From a bacterium (lineage in GTDB: Bacteria; Zhuqueibacterota; Zhuqueibacteria; Oceanimicrobiales; Oceanimicrobiaceae), in assembly GCA_046757525.1 (NCBI GenBank), contig JBHHYI010000001.1, positions 106,723 through 170,722 on the forward strand: a stretch of DNA of 64,000 nucleotides, written 5' to 3'. The notes beneath the pieces are model-generated. The model was given only the letters and a program-made list of their open reading frames with translations, had not been told where the DNA came from and ran no database searches. Position 1 is the stretch's first letter; every line of letters starts with the position of its first letter. Shown in pieces: positions 46,190 through 55,050 of the stretch. Made by a program: the position numbers and the translations under genes.

Positions 46190-47317
46190 ATGAAACCTAA
46201 GCTCCTACAATTCTGGCTGTTGCTTGTTTGTTGTGCGTACCCACATCTGGCCACCAGTCAGGCACGCATCAAGGACATCGCCACCTTTCAGGGGATGCAG
46301 CCTTACCACCTTCTCGGTTACGGCCTGGTGATTGGTCTCGACGGCAGTGGGGACCGGAGCAGCGGCGCAAGCGGCGCAATTTTTACCGTCCAATCGGTGA
46401 CCAACATGCTGGAAAAATTCGGGATTACCGTACCTGCGGAGAAATTGCGCGTTCGCAACGTGGCCGCTGTCATGGTTACGGCCAAAATGGAACCCTTTCT
46501 CAATGTGGGCACCAAGCTCGACGTCACCGTCTCTTCACTGGGCGATGCCAAAAGTTTGGAAGGTGGAATCCTCCTGGAGACGCCTCTGTTCGGAAGCAAC
46601 GGTGAACTTTTTGCCCTGGCGCAAGGGCCTGTTTCAATCGGGGGATTCAATATTGAAACCAATGAAGGGGAGAAGGTACGTCAAAATTACGCGTTAGTCG
46701 GCAGAGTCCCCAATGGCGGGTTCATCCAAAAGGCTCTGCCGTTTGCATTTGACCGGGGGAGGCCTTTGGGAATCTTGCTGAGAAAGCCTGATTTCACCAC
46801 GTCTGCGCGGGTTGCTGACCTCATCAACAGGGATTTCGGCGCGTCGCTGGCGTCCCCAATCAATGCAGCTACCATTTGGGTACAATGGCCCAAGGACCTT
46901 CACACGCAGGGCGACATGGTTCGCTTTATTGCCAAAGTTGAAACACTAAACGTGGTGCAAGACCGGACGGCCAAAGTGGTGATCAACGAACGAACCGGCA
47001 CCATTGTGGCCGGCGGCGACGTGAGGATTTCTGAAATCATGGTTTCGCACGGCAACCTCATCATTCGAACGCGCAGGGTGCCGGTCATTTCACAGCCCGC
47101 ACCATTTAGCCGTCGGGGCAGGACCGTGGTGGAAGGGGTGAGCGAAACCACAGTTCAGGCGGATGACGCCCACACGGTGGTCATTCGCAACACGGTGAAC
47201 GTGAGCGACATTTCTTCAGCGCTGAACCAACTGGGGGTGAAACCCCGGGACATCATTGCCATCTTTCAGGCCATCAAAGAAGCCGGAGCGTTACAAGCAG
47301 AATTGATCATCATGTAA
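46190..47317 (+). CDS. flgI: Flagellar P-ring protein FlgI
   Basis: 375 aa, signal peptide, FlgI family. Confidence 0.9.
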   Translation: MKPKLLQFWLLLVCCAYPHLATSQARIKDIATFQGMQPYHLLGYGLVIGLDGSGDRSSGASGAIFTVQSVTNMLEKFGITVPAEKLRVRNVAAVMVTAKMEPFLNVGTKLDVTVSSLGDAKSLEGGILLETPLFGSNGELFALAQGPVSIGGFNIETNEGEKVRQNYALVGRVPNGGFIQKALPFAFDRGRPLGILLRKPDFTTSARVADLINRDFGASLASPINAATIWVQWPKDLHTQGDMVRFIAKVETLNVVQDRTAKVVINERTGTIVAGGDVRISEIMVSHGNLIIRTRRVPVISQPAPFSRRGRTVVEGVSETTVQADDAHTVVIRNTVNVSDISSALNQLGVKPRDIIAIFQAIKEAGALQAELIIM

Positions 47318-47328
47318 AAGGGTCACCG

Positions 47329-48111
47329 ATGAACGTTGAATTCAACAGCCTGCAAAAGCAGGACCTGCACGATTTCCAAATAGAAAAAAACGATTTAGGT
47401 AAGACTGGCGTTCAGAAGCACAGCCACGGTTCGCTGCGAAAGGCGGCGCAAAACTTCGAGGCATTTTTTCTGACCCAGCTACTGCAAACCATGCGAAAAA
47501 GTATTCCGAACTCCAACCTTTTTGGCAAGGGTCAATCCGGGGACATTTACAAGAGTTTGTTTGATGAAAAGATTGCTGAGGCTGTCGCCAGCAAGGGGGG
47601 CATTGGATTGGCCGATATAATAATTGAAGATTTGCAAAGGAACGATGAGCGACAGACACCCGCTTCCGGACAATCCTTATTAGATTACAGACAACTTTCC
47701 CGATGGAACAGGCCTGCGCCGGGCGCACACGAAAATTGGGATCGCAGCGTGATTGCTGAGGCGGCCAACCGATTCGACGTGGCCCCTAAGCTCATCGAGG
47801 CGATCATTCGGGTGGAGTCGAACTACCGGGTCACGGCTGTCTCCCCAAAAGGCGCTGCCGGTTTAATGCAGCTCATGGAGTCAACAGCGCACGAAATGGG
47901 GGTCTCTGACAGAATGAATCCCACAGAAAACATTTACGGTGGGGTTAAATATTTCAAATCGCTGTTGGATCGATTTCATGGAAAGTTGGAGCTGGCCTTG
48001 AGCGCCTACAACGCAGGGCCTGCGGCGGTTGAAAAGTACAACGGCGTCCCGCCTTACCCTGAAACGCAACGCTACGTGAAGAAAGTTTTGGAAATCTATC
48101 AAGAGCTCTGA
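47329..48111 (+). CDS. flgJ: FlgJ-like rod-binding domain fused to an SLT-type lytic transglycosylase domain
   Basis: N-terminal rod-binding motif (…FEAFFLTQLLQTMRKS…). C-terminal SLT motif (…VESNYRVTAVSPKGAAGLMQLMESTAHEMG…YNAGP…). Confidence 0.75.
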   Translation: MNVEFNSLQKQDLHDFQIEKNDLGKTGVQKHSHGSLRKAAQNFEAFFLTQLLQTMRKSIPNSNLFGKGQSGDIYKSLFDEKIAEAVASKGGIGLADIIIEDLQRNDERQTPASGQSLLDYRQLSRWNRPAPGAHENWDRSVIAEAANRFDVAPKLIEAIIRVESNYRVTAVSPKGAAGLMQLMESTAHEMGVSDRMNPTENIYGGVKYFKSLLDRFHGKLELALSAYNAGPAAVEKYNGVPPYPETQRYVKKVLEIYQEL

Positions 48112-48614
48112 TGATGGAAGAGATTATTGAAGAATTAGTCGTGGTCATTTCCAAAGAAGTCAAAGCGTTTAATCAGCTCCTAAAAACCTTGCGCGAAAAG
48201 CAGCGGGCGATCGTGGAGGGAGAAATCGAACGGCTAAAAAAGCAGGTGACTGCTGAAACCAGGATCGTCCACGAAACCAAAACCCTGGAAGCCCAAAGAA
48301 TTGCGCAAACCCGGGTGTTGGCTGAGGTCCTGGCACTGGACAACATGAATCCTCGCTTGAGCGAAATCATAGAAAAAATCGAAGCAAAATACGCCCAGCG
48401 TTTGACAGAGCAGCGGAGCTTGCTGAAATCGTTGATGGAGAAGATTCGAAGCATCAATGAAAGCAACCAGTTCCTTCTGAATTATTCTTTGCAGTTCATC
48501 GAAAGCAGCCTGAGTTTGTTGCTCAGTGGAAATGACGACATGCCTGTTTACCAACAGGATGGTACCTGTCAAAGAGATTTGCGGCAAGCAAAGATTCTGG
48601 ACCAAAGGATTTGA
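48111..48614 (+). CDS. flgN: FlgN-like flagellar export chaperone
   Basis: 167 aa helical protein immediately upstream of flgK-flgL. Confidence 0.5.
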   Translation: MMEEIIEELVVVISKEVKAFNQLLKTLREKQRAIVEGEIERLKKQVTAETRIVHETKTLEAQRIAQTRVLAEVLALDNMNPRLSEIIEKIEAKYAQRLTEQRSLLKSLMEKIRSINESNQFLLNYSLQFIESSLSLLLSGNDDMPVYQQDGTCQRDLRQAKILDQRI

Positions 48615-48621
48615 GTGAGTC

Positions 48622-50001
48622 ATGTCGGATTTACTGAGAATTTTTAACATTGGCAGGAAGGCCCTGAGTGCGCACCAAAGCGCCATGAATACCGCCGGAC
48701 ACAACATTGCCAATGTTAATACCAAGGGCTATTCCAGGCAGCGCGTAAACTTGACGGCCAGCAGACCCCAATTCACGCCCCGGGGCATTTTCGGCAGTGG
48801 AGTTGATATCGAAAGTGTTGAGCGCGTGCGAAATAAATTCATCGACCAACAGTTGAGCCAGGAACGCCCGTCTGTCGGTCAATATGAGTTCCTAACCGAC
48901 TCGCTGCAATCCGTTGAAGATGTGTTTAACGAACCATCCGAGTTTGGTTTGAATCGCGCGATGGAAGACTTCTTCAATGCTTTTCAGGATTTAGCCAACG
49001 ACCCAGAGAGTGCTTCAGCGCGAGTGGTGCTCAAGAACAAAGCCTTGACTCTGGCCAGCGGTTTCAATCGCGTCCAGCGCCAGTTGTCGGACCTCAACAA
49101 GCAGTTGAACCAGGAATTGCAAGTGAAGGTGGATGAGATGAATCGACTCGGCAGCGAAATTGCCGAACTGAATAAAAAGATAGCCAGCTTTGAACTTGGC
49201 GGTTCCGAGGCCTCTGATTTTCGGGACCAGAGGGACCTGCTGATCGACCAACTGGCGAAGCTAATAAATATCAAAACCAACGAGAACGAAGCCGGCGTCC
49301 TCAGCGTGACTGCCGGAAGCCGCTTTCTGGTGGTTGACACGCGCGTTCAGAAATTCGCTTTGCAAACCAGTTCTGAAGATTCAACCGGTCCGCAAGTTGT
49401 GTCCGAGTCGGGTGGGCAGGTGGTGGATATTGCCAGTGGCAGCTTGAAAGGACTTTTGCAGGCCCGCGACGAATACATTCCTGATTATCTGAGCAGGTTA
49501 GACCTCTTAGCCCAAATCGTCGCTTCTGAGGTGAACACGCGCCACCGTTCGGGTTACAACCTCGCCGGGGAAACCAATGTCAACTTTTTCAATGACGGCA
49601 TCACGGGTGCAGCAGATTTTGCTGTGACCGAAGAGATCAGCAATCGGCCGGAACTGATCGCCACGGCCTCTGAACCCAACAAACCTGGAGATAACAGCAC
49701 GGCACTCGCCATCGCCGGGCTGCAAAACGATTCGCTGATGCAGGACGGCACGGCTTCGTTAAGCGATTTTTACAACGGGCTTCTTACCGACGTGGGTTCA
49801 CAAAAGCAAGAAGCGAGCAAATTCAAGGAAAATTTTAGTCTTTTCGTTGAGAAATTGGAAGCGAACCGGGAGTCGATTTCCGGGGTTTCGCTGGACGAAG
49901 AGATGACAAACTTGATCACCTCCCAACATGCCTTCACGGCGGCAGCCAGGTTTATTGCGACCGTTGATGAGATGACCCAAACCATCTTGGATATGCTTTA
50001 G
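48622..50001 (+). CDS. flgK: Flagellar hook-associated protein 1 FlgK
   Basis: 459 aa, with N-terminal and C-terminal conserved HAP1 regions. Confidence 0.9.
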   Translation: MSDLLRIFNIGRKALSAHQSAMNTAGHNIANVNTKGYSRQRVNLTASRPQFTPRGIFGSGVDIESVERVRNKFIDQQLSQERPSVGQYEFLTDSLQSVEDVFNEPSEFGLNRAMEDFFNAFQDLANDPESASARVVLKNKALTLASGFNRVQRQLSDLNKQLNQELQVKVDEMNRLGSEIAELNKKIASFELGGSEASDFRDQRDLLIDQLAKLINIKTNENEAGVLSVTAGSRFLVVDTRVQKFALQTSSEDSTGPQVVSESGGQVVDIASGSLKGLLQARDEYIPDYLSRLDLLAQIVASEVNTRHRSGYNLAGETNVNFFNDGITGAADFAVTEEISNRPELIATASEPNKPGDNSTALAIAGLQNDSLMQDGTASLSDFYNGLLTDVGSQKQEASKFKENFSLFVEKLEANRESISGVSLDEEMTNLITSQHAFTAAARFIATVDEMTQTILDML

Positions 50002-50015
50002 TAAGAGCAACGACT

Positions 50016-50909
50016 ATGAGAATCACCGACAACTTGATCAACAAAAACTTCTATGAAAACATCAGCCGTACACGGAAAAAGATGGTGCAATTGCAGTCGG
50101 ACATCGCCACTACCAAGAAGGTACGAACGCCTTCCGACGATCCCATCGGGTTTTCCAGGGCTACCCGGTTTAAGCTTTTGAAAAGTCGCAACGAGCAATA
50201 CTCGAAGAACATTCAGCAAGTTTCCGACCATGTCTCCGGAGCGCTCGCCGCCATTGATTCGGCCGTGGACATCGTTTCCCATGCCAAAGAACTGGCCGTT
50301 CAAGCTGCCAATGGCACGCTGGAGGAGACGACCAGGGGGAGTATAGCCAAGGAAGTCGACCAAATGATTGAGTCGCTGGTGACCAAAGGGAACGCCAAAC
50401 ATGACAATCGGTTCATCTTTGCAGGAACGCAAACGCTGGGAGACCCGCCATTTGTCAGAAACGGGGACGTGATTCAGTACAACGGGGACGATGGCGTGAT
50501 AAAAAATACCGTTGGCGACGGGGTGGAGGTGGCTACGAACAAGCCTGGAACCGAGGTTTTTAAGCCCGGCGGTGGTGTGGACATCTTTGACAGCATGATT
50601 GCCTTTAAGCAGGCGCTCGAGCAAAATGACGTCGCTGCCATCGAGAATTCTATCGATGATTTGGGCCAATCTCTGGACCATTTGCTCACGGTTTCCGCAG
50701 ATTTTGCCGGGCTGCAAAACAGGTTGGACGCCACAGAAGAATTGATTCAATCGCATAACCTCAAACTCACAGATGCCGCCTCCAGGATCGAAGATACGGA
50801 TGTAGTCAAAACCATCATTGACTTTCAGAATGCACAGAATGCCTACACCTTTGCTTTGCGTTCTTTCCAACAATTGATTGACACCAGCTTAATCAATTTC
50901 CTCAGTTAA
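50016..50909 (+). CDS. flgL: Flagellar hook-associated protein 3 FlgL
   Basis: 297 aa, flagellin-like N-terminal and C-terminal helices. Confidence 0.85.
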   Translation: MRITDNLINKNFYENISRTRKKMVQLQSDIATTKKVRTPSDDPIGFSRATRFKLLKSRNEQYSKNIQQVSDHVSGALAAIDSAVDIVSHAKELAVQAANGTLEETTRGSIAKEVDQMIESLVTKGNAKHDNRFIFAGTQTLGDPPFVRNGDVIQYNGDDGVIKNTVGDGVEVATNKPGTEVFKPGGGVDIFDSMIAFKQALEQNDVAAIENSIDDLGQSLDHLLTVSADFAGLQNRLDATEELIQSHNLKLTDAASRIEDTDVVKTIIDFQNAQNAYTFALRSFQQLIDTSLINFLS

Positions 50910-50946
50910 CAGCCGTTTAGAACCAACTCATGTTTAGGAGATTACA

Positions 50947-51555
50947 ATGGATAAAAATAAGACACTGAATCATGGTCAGGAGAAGATGTTAGAAGGCACC
51001 GCTCTGTTGCACCAGGGTGAATTGGAGCGAGCCCGAGAAAGCTATGCGAAAACTCTGGGGGGTGAACCTGAGAATCTCGAGGCCCTGTACGGAATTGGGA
51101 TGATTCACCAGCAGAGGAACGAATTTACGTCTGCCAGAGAATATTTTGAGAAGGCCTTGCAATGCGACGCAAACAATTCCCACCTGTTGAACAGCTTCGG
51201 GGTGGTGTCGGCCCATTTGGGCGACCGCGAGGCAGCCATTCATTCCTTTGAGAAAGCCATAGAATTGGACCCGGCTTTTGTCCAGGCAGAAAGAAACCTG
51301 GCCGAAATCTATATTGATTCAGGAGAATTTGAAAGGGGCGTAAAGCATTACATGGAAGCCTTGAAAAGGGATCCAGGAGATGTGGACACCTTGCTGGCCA
51401 TCGCGGAGCTTTATTTTGAAATCGGTGACTTTGAGTCAACAGAATTCATTCTCAAGCGAGTCCTGGAAATAGACCCTGAGAACGAATTCGCCAGAGAAGC
51501 CATCAAAATAAATTCAGCTAAGCTCGCCGCGCTTAGCCAGGTTGGACCGGAATAA
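50947..51555 (+). CDS. TPR-repeat protein
   Basis: 202 aa made of tandem TPR units. Confidence 0.7.
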   Translation: MDKNKTLNHGQEKMLEGTALLHQGELERARESYAKTLGGEPENLEALYGIGMIHQQRNEFTSAREYFEKALQCDANNSHLLNSFGVVSAHLGDREAAIHSFEKAIELDPAFVQAERNLAEIYIDSGEFERGVKHYMEALKRDPGDVDTLLAIAELYFEIGDFESTEFILKRVLEIDPENEFAREAIKINSAKLAALSQVGPE

Positions 51556-53272
51556 ACACCGGGTCGAGTTGCAGGTTACGGCTAAAATGAGAGGCAGCAA
51601 AAAAGAGATCGTAAGGCTCTTCAGGACGAACCAGGTGGAGCAGGCTTACCTGAGAGCAAAAGCTCTTTTGACGGAATTCCCCGCTGACTATGAGCTGCAT
51701 TACATCCTGGGCATGATCCATGGTTCGCAGTACCGCTATGTCGACGCCTTGCAATCCTTTAGTCGGGCCCTGACTTTCAACCCAGGGCACAGGCCGTCGC
51801 TGACCGAACGGGGCATTATTTTTATGACGCTCAGACGGGATCGCCAGGCCCTGGCCGAGTTTCGTGAAGCGCTCAGAGTCGATCCTCTTGCGCACGACGT
51901 CTGTCATTATGTCCGTGAAATCGAAAGACGAATGAAGCCAGTGGAGCCGACCCTTGCCGCCTGTCTCATCGTAAAAAATGAAGCAAAACACCTGCCTAAC
52001 TGCTTGAAGAGTATTCAGGCTGTGGTGGACGAGATGGTGGTGGTAGACACCGGCTCTGAAGATGCCACTCCAGAAATCGCACGGCAATTCGGCGCCCGGG
52101 TCGTGCAGTTTGAGTGGCGGAAGGATTTCGCTGCTGCCAGAAATTTTGCCATAAGACAGGCTGAGAGCGATTGGATTTTGCAAATAGATGCGGACGAAGA
52201 GCTGTTTCCCGAAGACCAATACAAGATTCGTGAGATCATCCACCAGAGGGATTGTAACGGGGCCTTTGTAGCAATGAGAAATAGAAACTCGAGCCTGTTT
52301 GGCGAGAACCCGTGCACGGTTCACTACCTGGTGCGCCTCTACCGCAACCACAGATCGATCTATTATGTCAATCCCATTCATGAAACGTTGAAGATATCCG
52401 GTGAGGTTGTTGCCACCGACATCAATTTCCTGCATCACGGCTATAATTTGGACGCCGAGTACATGAAGCAGAAACGACGGCGAAACGCCGAGATCCTGTA
52501 TCAAAGGTTGCAATCTGACCCGAGCAACATTACCACCCTGTTTTATCTTTCCATGATGCATTTGGGCAATGAAGAATATGACCAGGCTGGAATCTACGCA
52601 AAGCAGGTCCTGGAGAAGCTGAGTCCCCAGGACGCGAAGAAGCAGCATTTTTATTTGATGATGCTCAACAATCTGGCCTGGATTCATGTAGAAAAGCAAA
52701 ACTATGCGTTGGTGCAGAAATACTGCGAGCAGGCCATTGCTATAAACAGCAATTACTTAGATCCCCAATTCTTTTTAGGCCTGAGCTATTTTAAGGAGGA
52801 ACAGTATGAGAAAGCCAGGGAGACCTTTGAAAGATTCCTGAAGAAATATGGAGAGATCACACAAAACCCTGTGTTTAATTTGTTTGCCCATTCGTCTCAT
52901 GCCTATTTGTACCAGGTTTATCACCTCCTGGGCAAGATATCTCGAAGAGAAAAGAACTATCCCGTGGCGCAAAGGATGATGTTGAAGGCGATCGAGAGCA
53001 ACCCCAATTTCTGGATCGGGTATGCGGACCTGGGTTACCTAAGCATGGACCTGAGCGAGTGGCAAAAAGCTGCTCACTATTTGTCGACGGCCGTCAGCAT
53101 TGCGAAAAAGAGCCCGCACGTCAACAGGAACAATAGAGTCGTTTGGTTTGATTTTTTTAACCTGTTGAAGAATTATGTTGCGGTGCTAAAAAAATGTGCC
53201 GGCGCGGCAAAAGCGGCTCCTGTTAGCGTATCTTCAACCGTGCGCCAAGAATCAAATGCTGAACAGAGTTAG
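51542..53272 (+). CDS. Glycosyltransferase family 2 domain fused to TPR repeats (paralog 1)
   Basis: GT2 motifs …CLIVKNEAKHLPNCLKSIQAVVDEMVVVDTGSEDAT…ILQIDADEELF…. The start is uncertain (TTG 51542 or ATG 51587). Confidence 0.75.
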   Translation: MDRNKHRVELQVTAKMRGSKKEIVRLFRTNQVEQAYLRAKALLTEFPADYELHYILGMIHGSQYRYVDALQSFSRALTFNPGHRPSLTERGIIFMTLRRDRQALAEFREALRVDPLAHDVCHYVREIERRMKPVEPTLAACLIVKNEAKHLPNCLKSIQAVVDEMVVVDTGSEDATPEIARQFGARVVQFEWRKDFAAARNFAIRQAESDWILQIDADEELFPEDQYKIREIIHQRDCNGAFVAMRNRNSSLFGENPCTVHYLVRLYRNHRSIYYVNPIHETLKISGEVVATDINFLHHGYNLDAEYMKQKRRRNAEILYQRLQSDPSNITTLFYLSMMHLGNEEYDQAGIYAKQVLEKLSPQDAKKQHFYLMMLNNLAWIHVEKQNYALVQKYCEQAIAINSNYLDPQFFLGLSYFKEEQYEKARETFERFLKKYGEITQNPVFNLFAHSSHAYLYQVYHLLGKISRREKNYPVAQRMMLKAIESNPNFWIGYADLGYLSMDLSEWQKAAHYLSTAVSIAKKSPHVNRNNRVVWFDFFNLLKNYVAVLKKCAGAAKAAPVSVSSTVRQESNAEQS

Positions 53273-53287
53273 AAAATTGGAGTGCCA

Positions 53288-54709
53288 ATGGAATATGGCT
53301 TCAAGCATGGGAAGCCCACCCTTTCGCTTTGCATGATCGTCAAGAACGAGGCAAGGTACCTGGAGGCGTGTCTCAAAAGTGTGGCAGATTTGGTGGATGA
53401 AATCATCGTGGTCGACACCGGGTCCACCGACGCTACTTTGGACATTGCTCGAAGATTCAAGGCAAGAATCTACCATTACCCGTGGACCCAAGACTTCGCA
53501 GCCGCGCGCAATGAAAGCCTCAAACACGCCACAAGCGACTGGATCCTCTATTTGGATGCCGACGAGCGATTGGAAGCCAGGAGCAAGCGTGAGTTGCTTG
53601 GGCTTTTGAGAAACAAATCCATTCTGTGTGTCAATGTACTGATCGATAGCCCGCTTAGGGACTCCAGGAAAGGACACATCAGTCGGTCGCACCGCTTGTT
53701 CCGCAACTTACCCGGGATCAGATTCTCTGGCCGAGTCCATGAACAGATTTCGCCTTCGATCGCCGGGTTAAAAGGGAAAGAATGTTTTTCTACCATCAGG
53801 CTGAAGCATCTGGGCTACGCAAAGGACGCGCCTGAGATGTCGAAGAAAAGCCGCCGCAATTATGAGCTGCTGCAACTGCAAATCAGGGACGAGCCAGTCA
53901 ATGCCTACTGGCATTTCAGTTTGGCACAGAATCAGATTCTGAGCCAAAAATACCGGGAGGCCAGGGAATCGCTCGGCATCGCCTTAAGAATTGGCGGCCT
54001 GCCGGAAGACATTTTATGCTCCATTTACAACAATCTGTCGGAAGTTCATCTCAAATTGGCAAAACTCGACGAGGCCATAAGCTACGCTGAAAGAGCTCTG
54101 TCGATAACGCCGAATCAATGTACAGCGCACCTGCTGCTATTTCAGATTTACCAAACTCAGGGCAACAAGAAAAAACAACTCGAGTCACTGGAGGCAGCCG
54201 TCGGAGTTGTAGAGGGGCAGAAGACCGGGCAGCAAAAAGTCTCGGTGGAAGCGTATGTGGATCGGGCGGCACTCTACGTCAGTTTGGCAGGGCTTTATTT
54301 GCAAGAGAACCGCGTTGCGGAGGCCCGCGGTTATTTCCAAAGAGCCTTGCGGATCGATCCGGACAATGTCAGCGCATTGAACGGCCTGGCGGATTGTTTA
54401 TTAGAGGAAAGGAGATTCATTGAAGCCAGCAAAATCCTGGAGCATCTCGATTTGGTCAGTCCGGAAGATTTAGCAAGGAAGGAAAAGCTGGCCTGGCTTG
54501 CGATCAAGTTGGGCAATTACCCGAGAGCCATCGAGATTTACAAACATCTCCTTGAAATAGAACCGCACAATGTTGTCTTGAACAGACAGATGGCCGCCTT
54601 ATGCCACAAGATTGGCTTGACCGCCCAGGCCAGGAGGTATCTTGCCAAAGCAAAACGTCATTCCCATAGCTCTGTTGCATCCGAGACGACTGCGCAGGTC
54701 CTGCCTTAA
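53288..54709 (+). CDS. Glycosyltransferase family 2 domain fused to TPR repeats (paralog 2)
   Basis: ATG 53288 with GGAG 6 nt upstream. …LCMIVKNEARYLEACLKSVADLVDEIIVVDTGSTDAT…LYLDADERLE… closely parallels the preceding gene. Confidence 0.75.
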   Translation: MEYGFKHGKPTLSLCMIVKNEARYLEACLKSVADLVDEIIVVDTGSTDATLDIARRFKARIYHYPWTQDFAAARNESLKHATSDWILYLDADERLEARSKRELLGLLRNKSILCVNVLIDSPLRDSRKGHISRSHRLFRNLPGIRFSGRVHEQISPSIAGLKGKECFSTIRLKHLGYAKDAPEMSKKSRRNYELLQLQIRDEPVNAYWHFSLAQNQILSQKYREARESLGIALRIGGLPEDILCSIYNNLSEVHLKLAKLDEAISYAERALSITPNQCTAHLLLFQIYQTQGNKKKQLESLEAAVGVVEGQKTGQQKVSVEAYVDRAALYVSLAGLYLQENRVAEARGYFQRALRIDPDNVSALNGLADCLLEERRFIEASKILEHLDLVSPEDLARKEKLAWLAIKLGNYPRAIEIYKHLLEIEPHNVVLNRQMAALCHKIGLTAQARRYLAKAKRHSHSSVASETTAQVLP

Positions 54710-55050
54710 AATCGATTCCATGCTTCCTACCCTTTCGTCTTCCCAATTGTGAGGCATCCTTGCCCCACCGCGGGAAAATGTGCCACACTTCTTGCTTTCT
54801 CTTTTAAAATCATATTGTTACACGCCCGGAATTCCTGGGGAGTGAGACATGAATGTCCCAAAGCAAAAATTGGCAGGTAATTGACTAAAAAGCCAGGTCA
54901 GGTTTAATTAATGTAAAAACAAGGTATTACATCAACAGATATTTTACCCTGAAACTACCGTTTTTTGGTACGATGCTTGTAAGAAGCGGGTTACTTTGTT
55001 GACAAGGTCGTTAAAGGAGGTTTTCTACTAAAAATCTGCAGGAGGATACT

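Noticed and set aside
51533-52699. 388-aa minus-strand ORF opposite the first TPR-GT2 gene
   Set aside because: The plus-strand gene has GT2 catalytic motifs and TPR repeats. The antisense frame has none.
54710-55050. TGGCAGGTAATTGAC upstream of the cytochrome gene, considered as a sigma-54 site
   Set aside because: It lacks the obligatory GC dinucleotide at -12 (TGAC instead of TTGC), so it is not a credible -24/-12 promoter.
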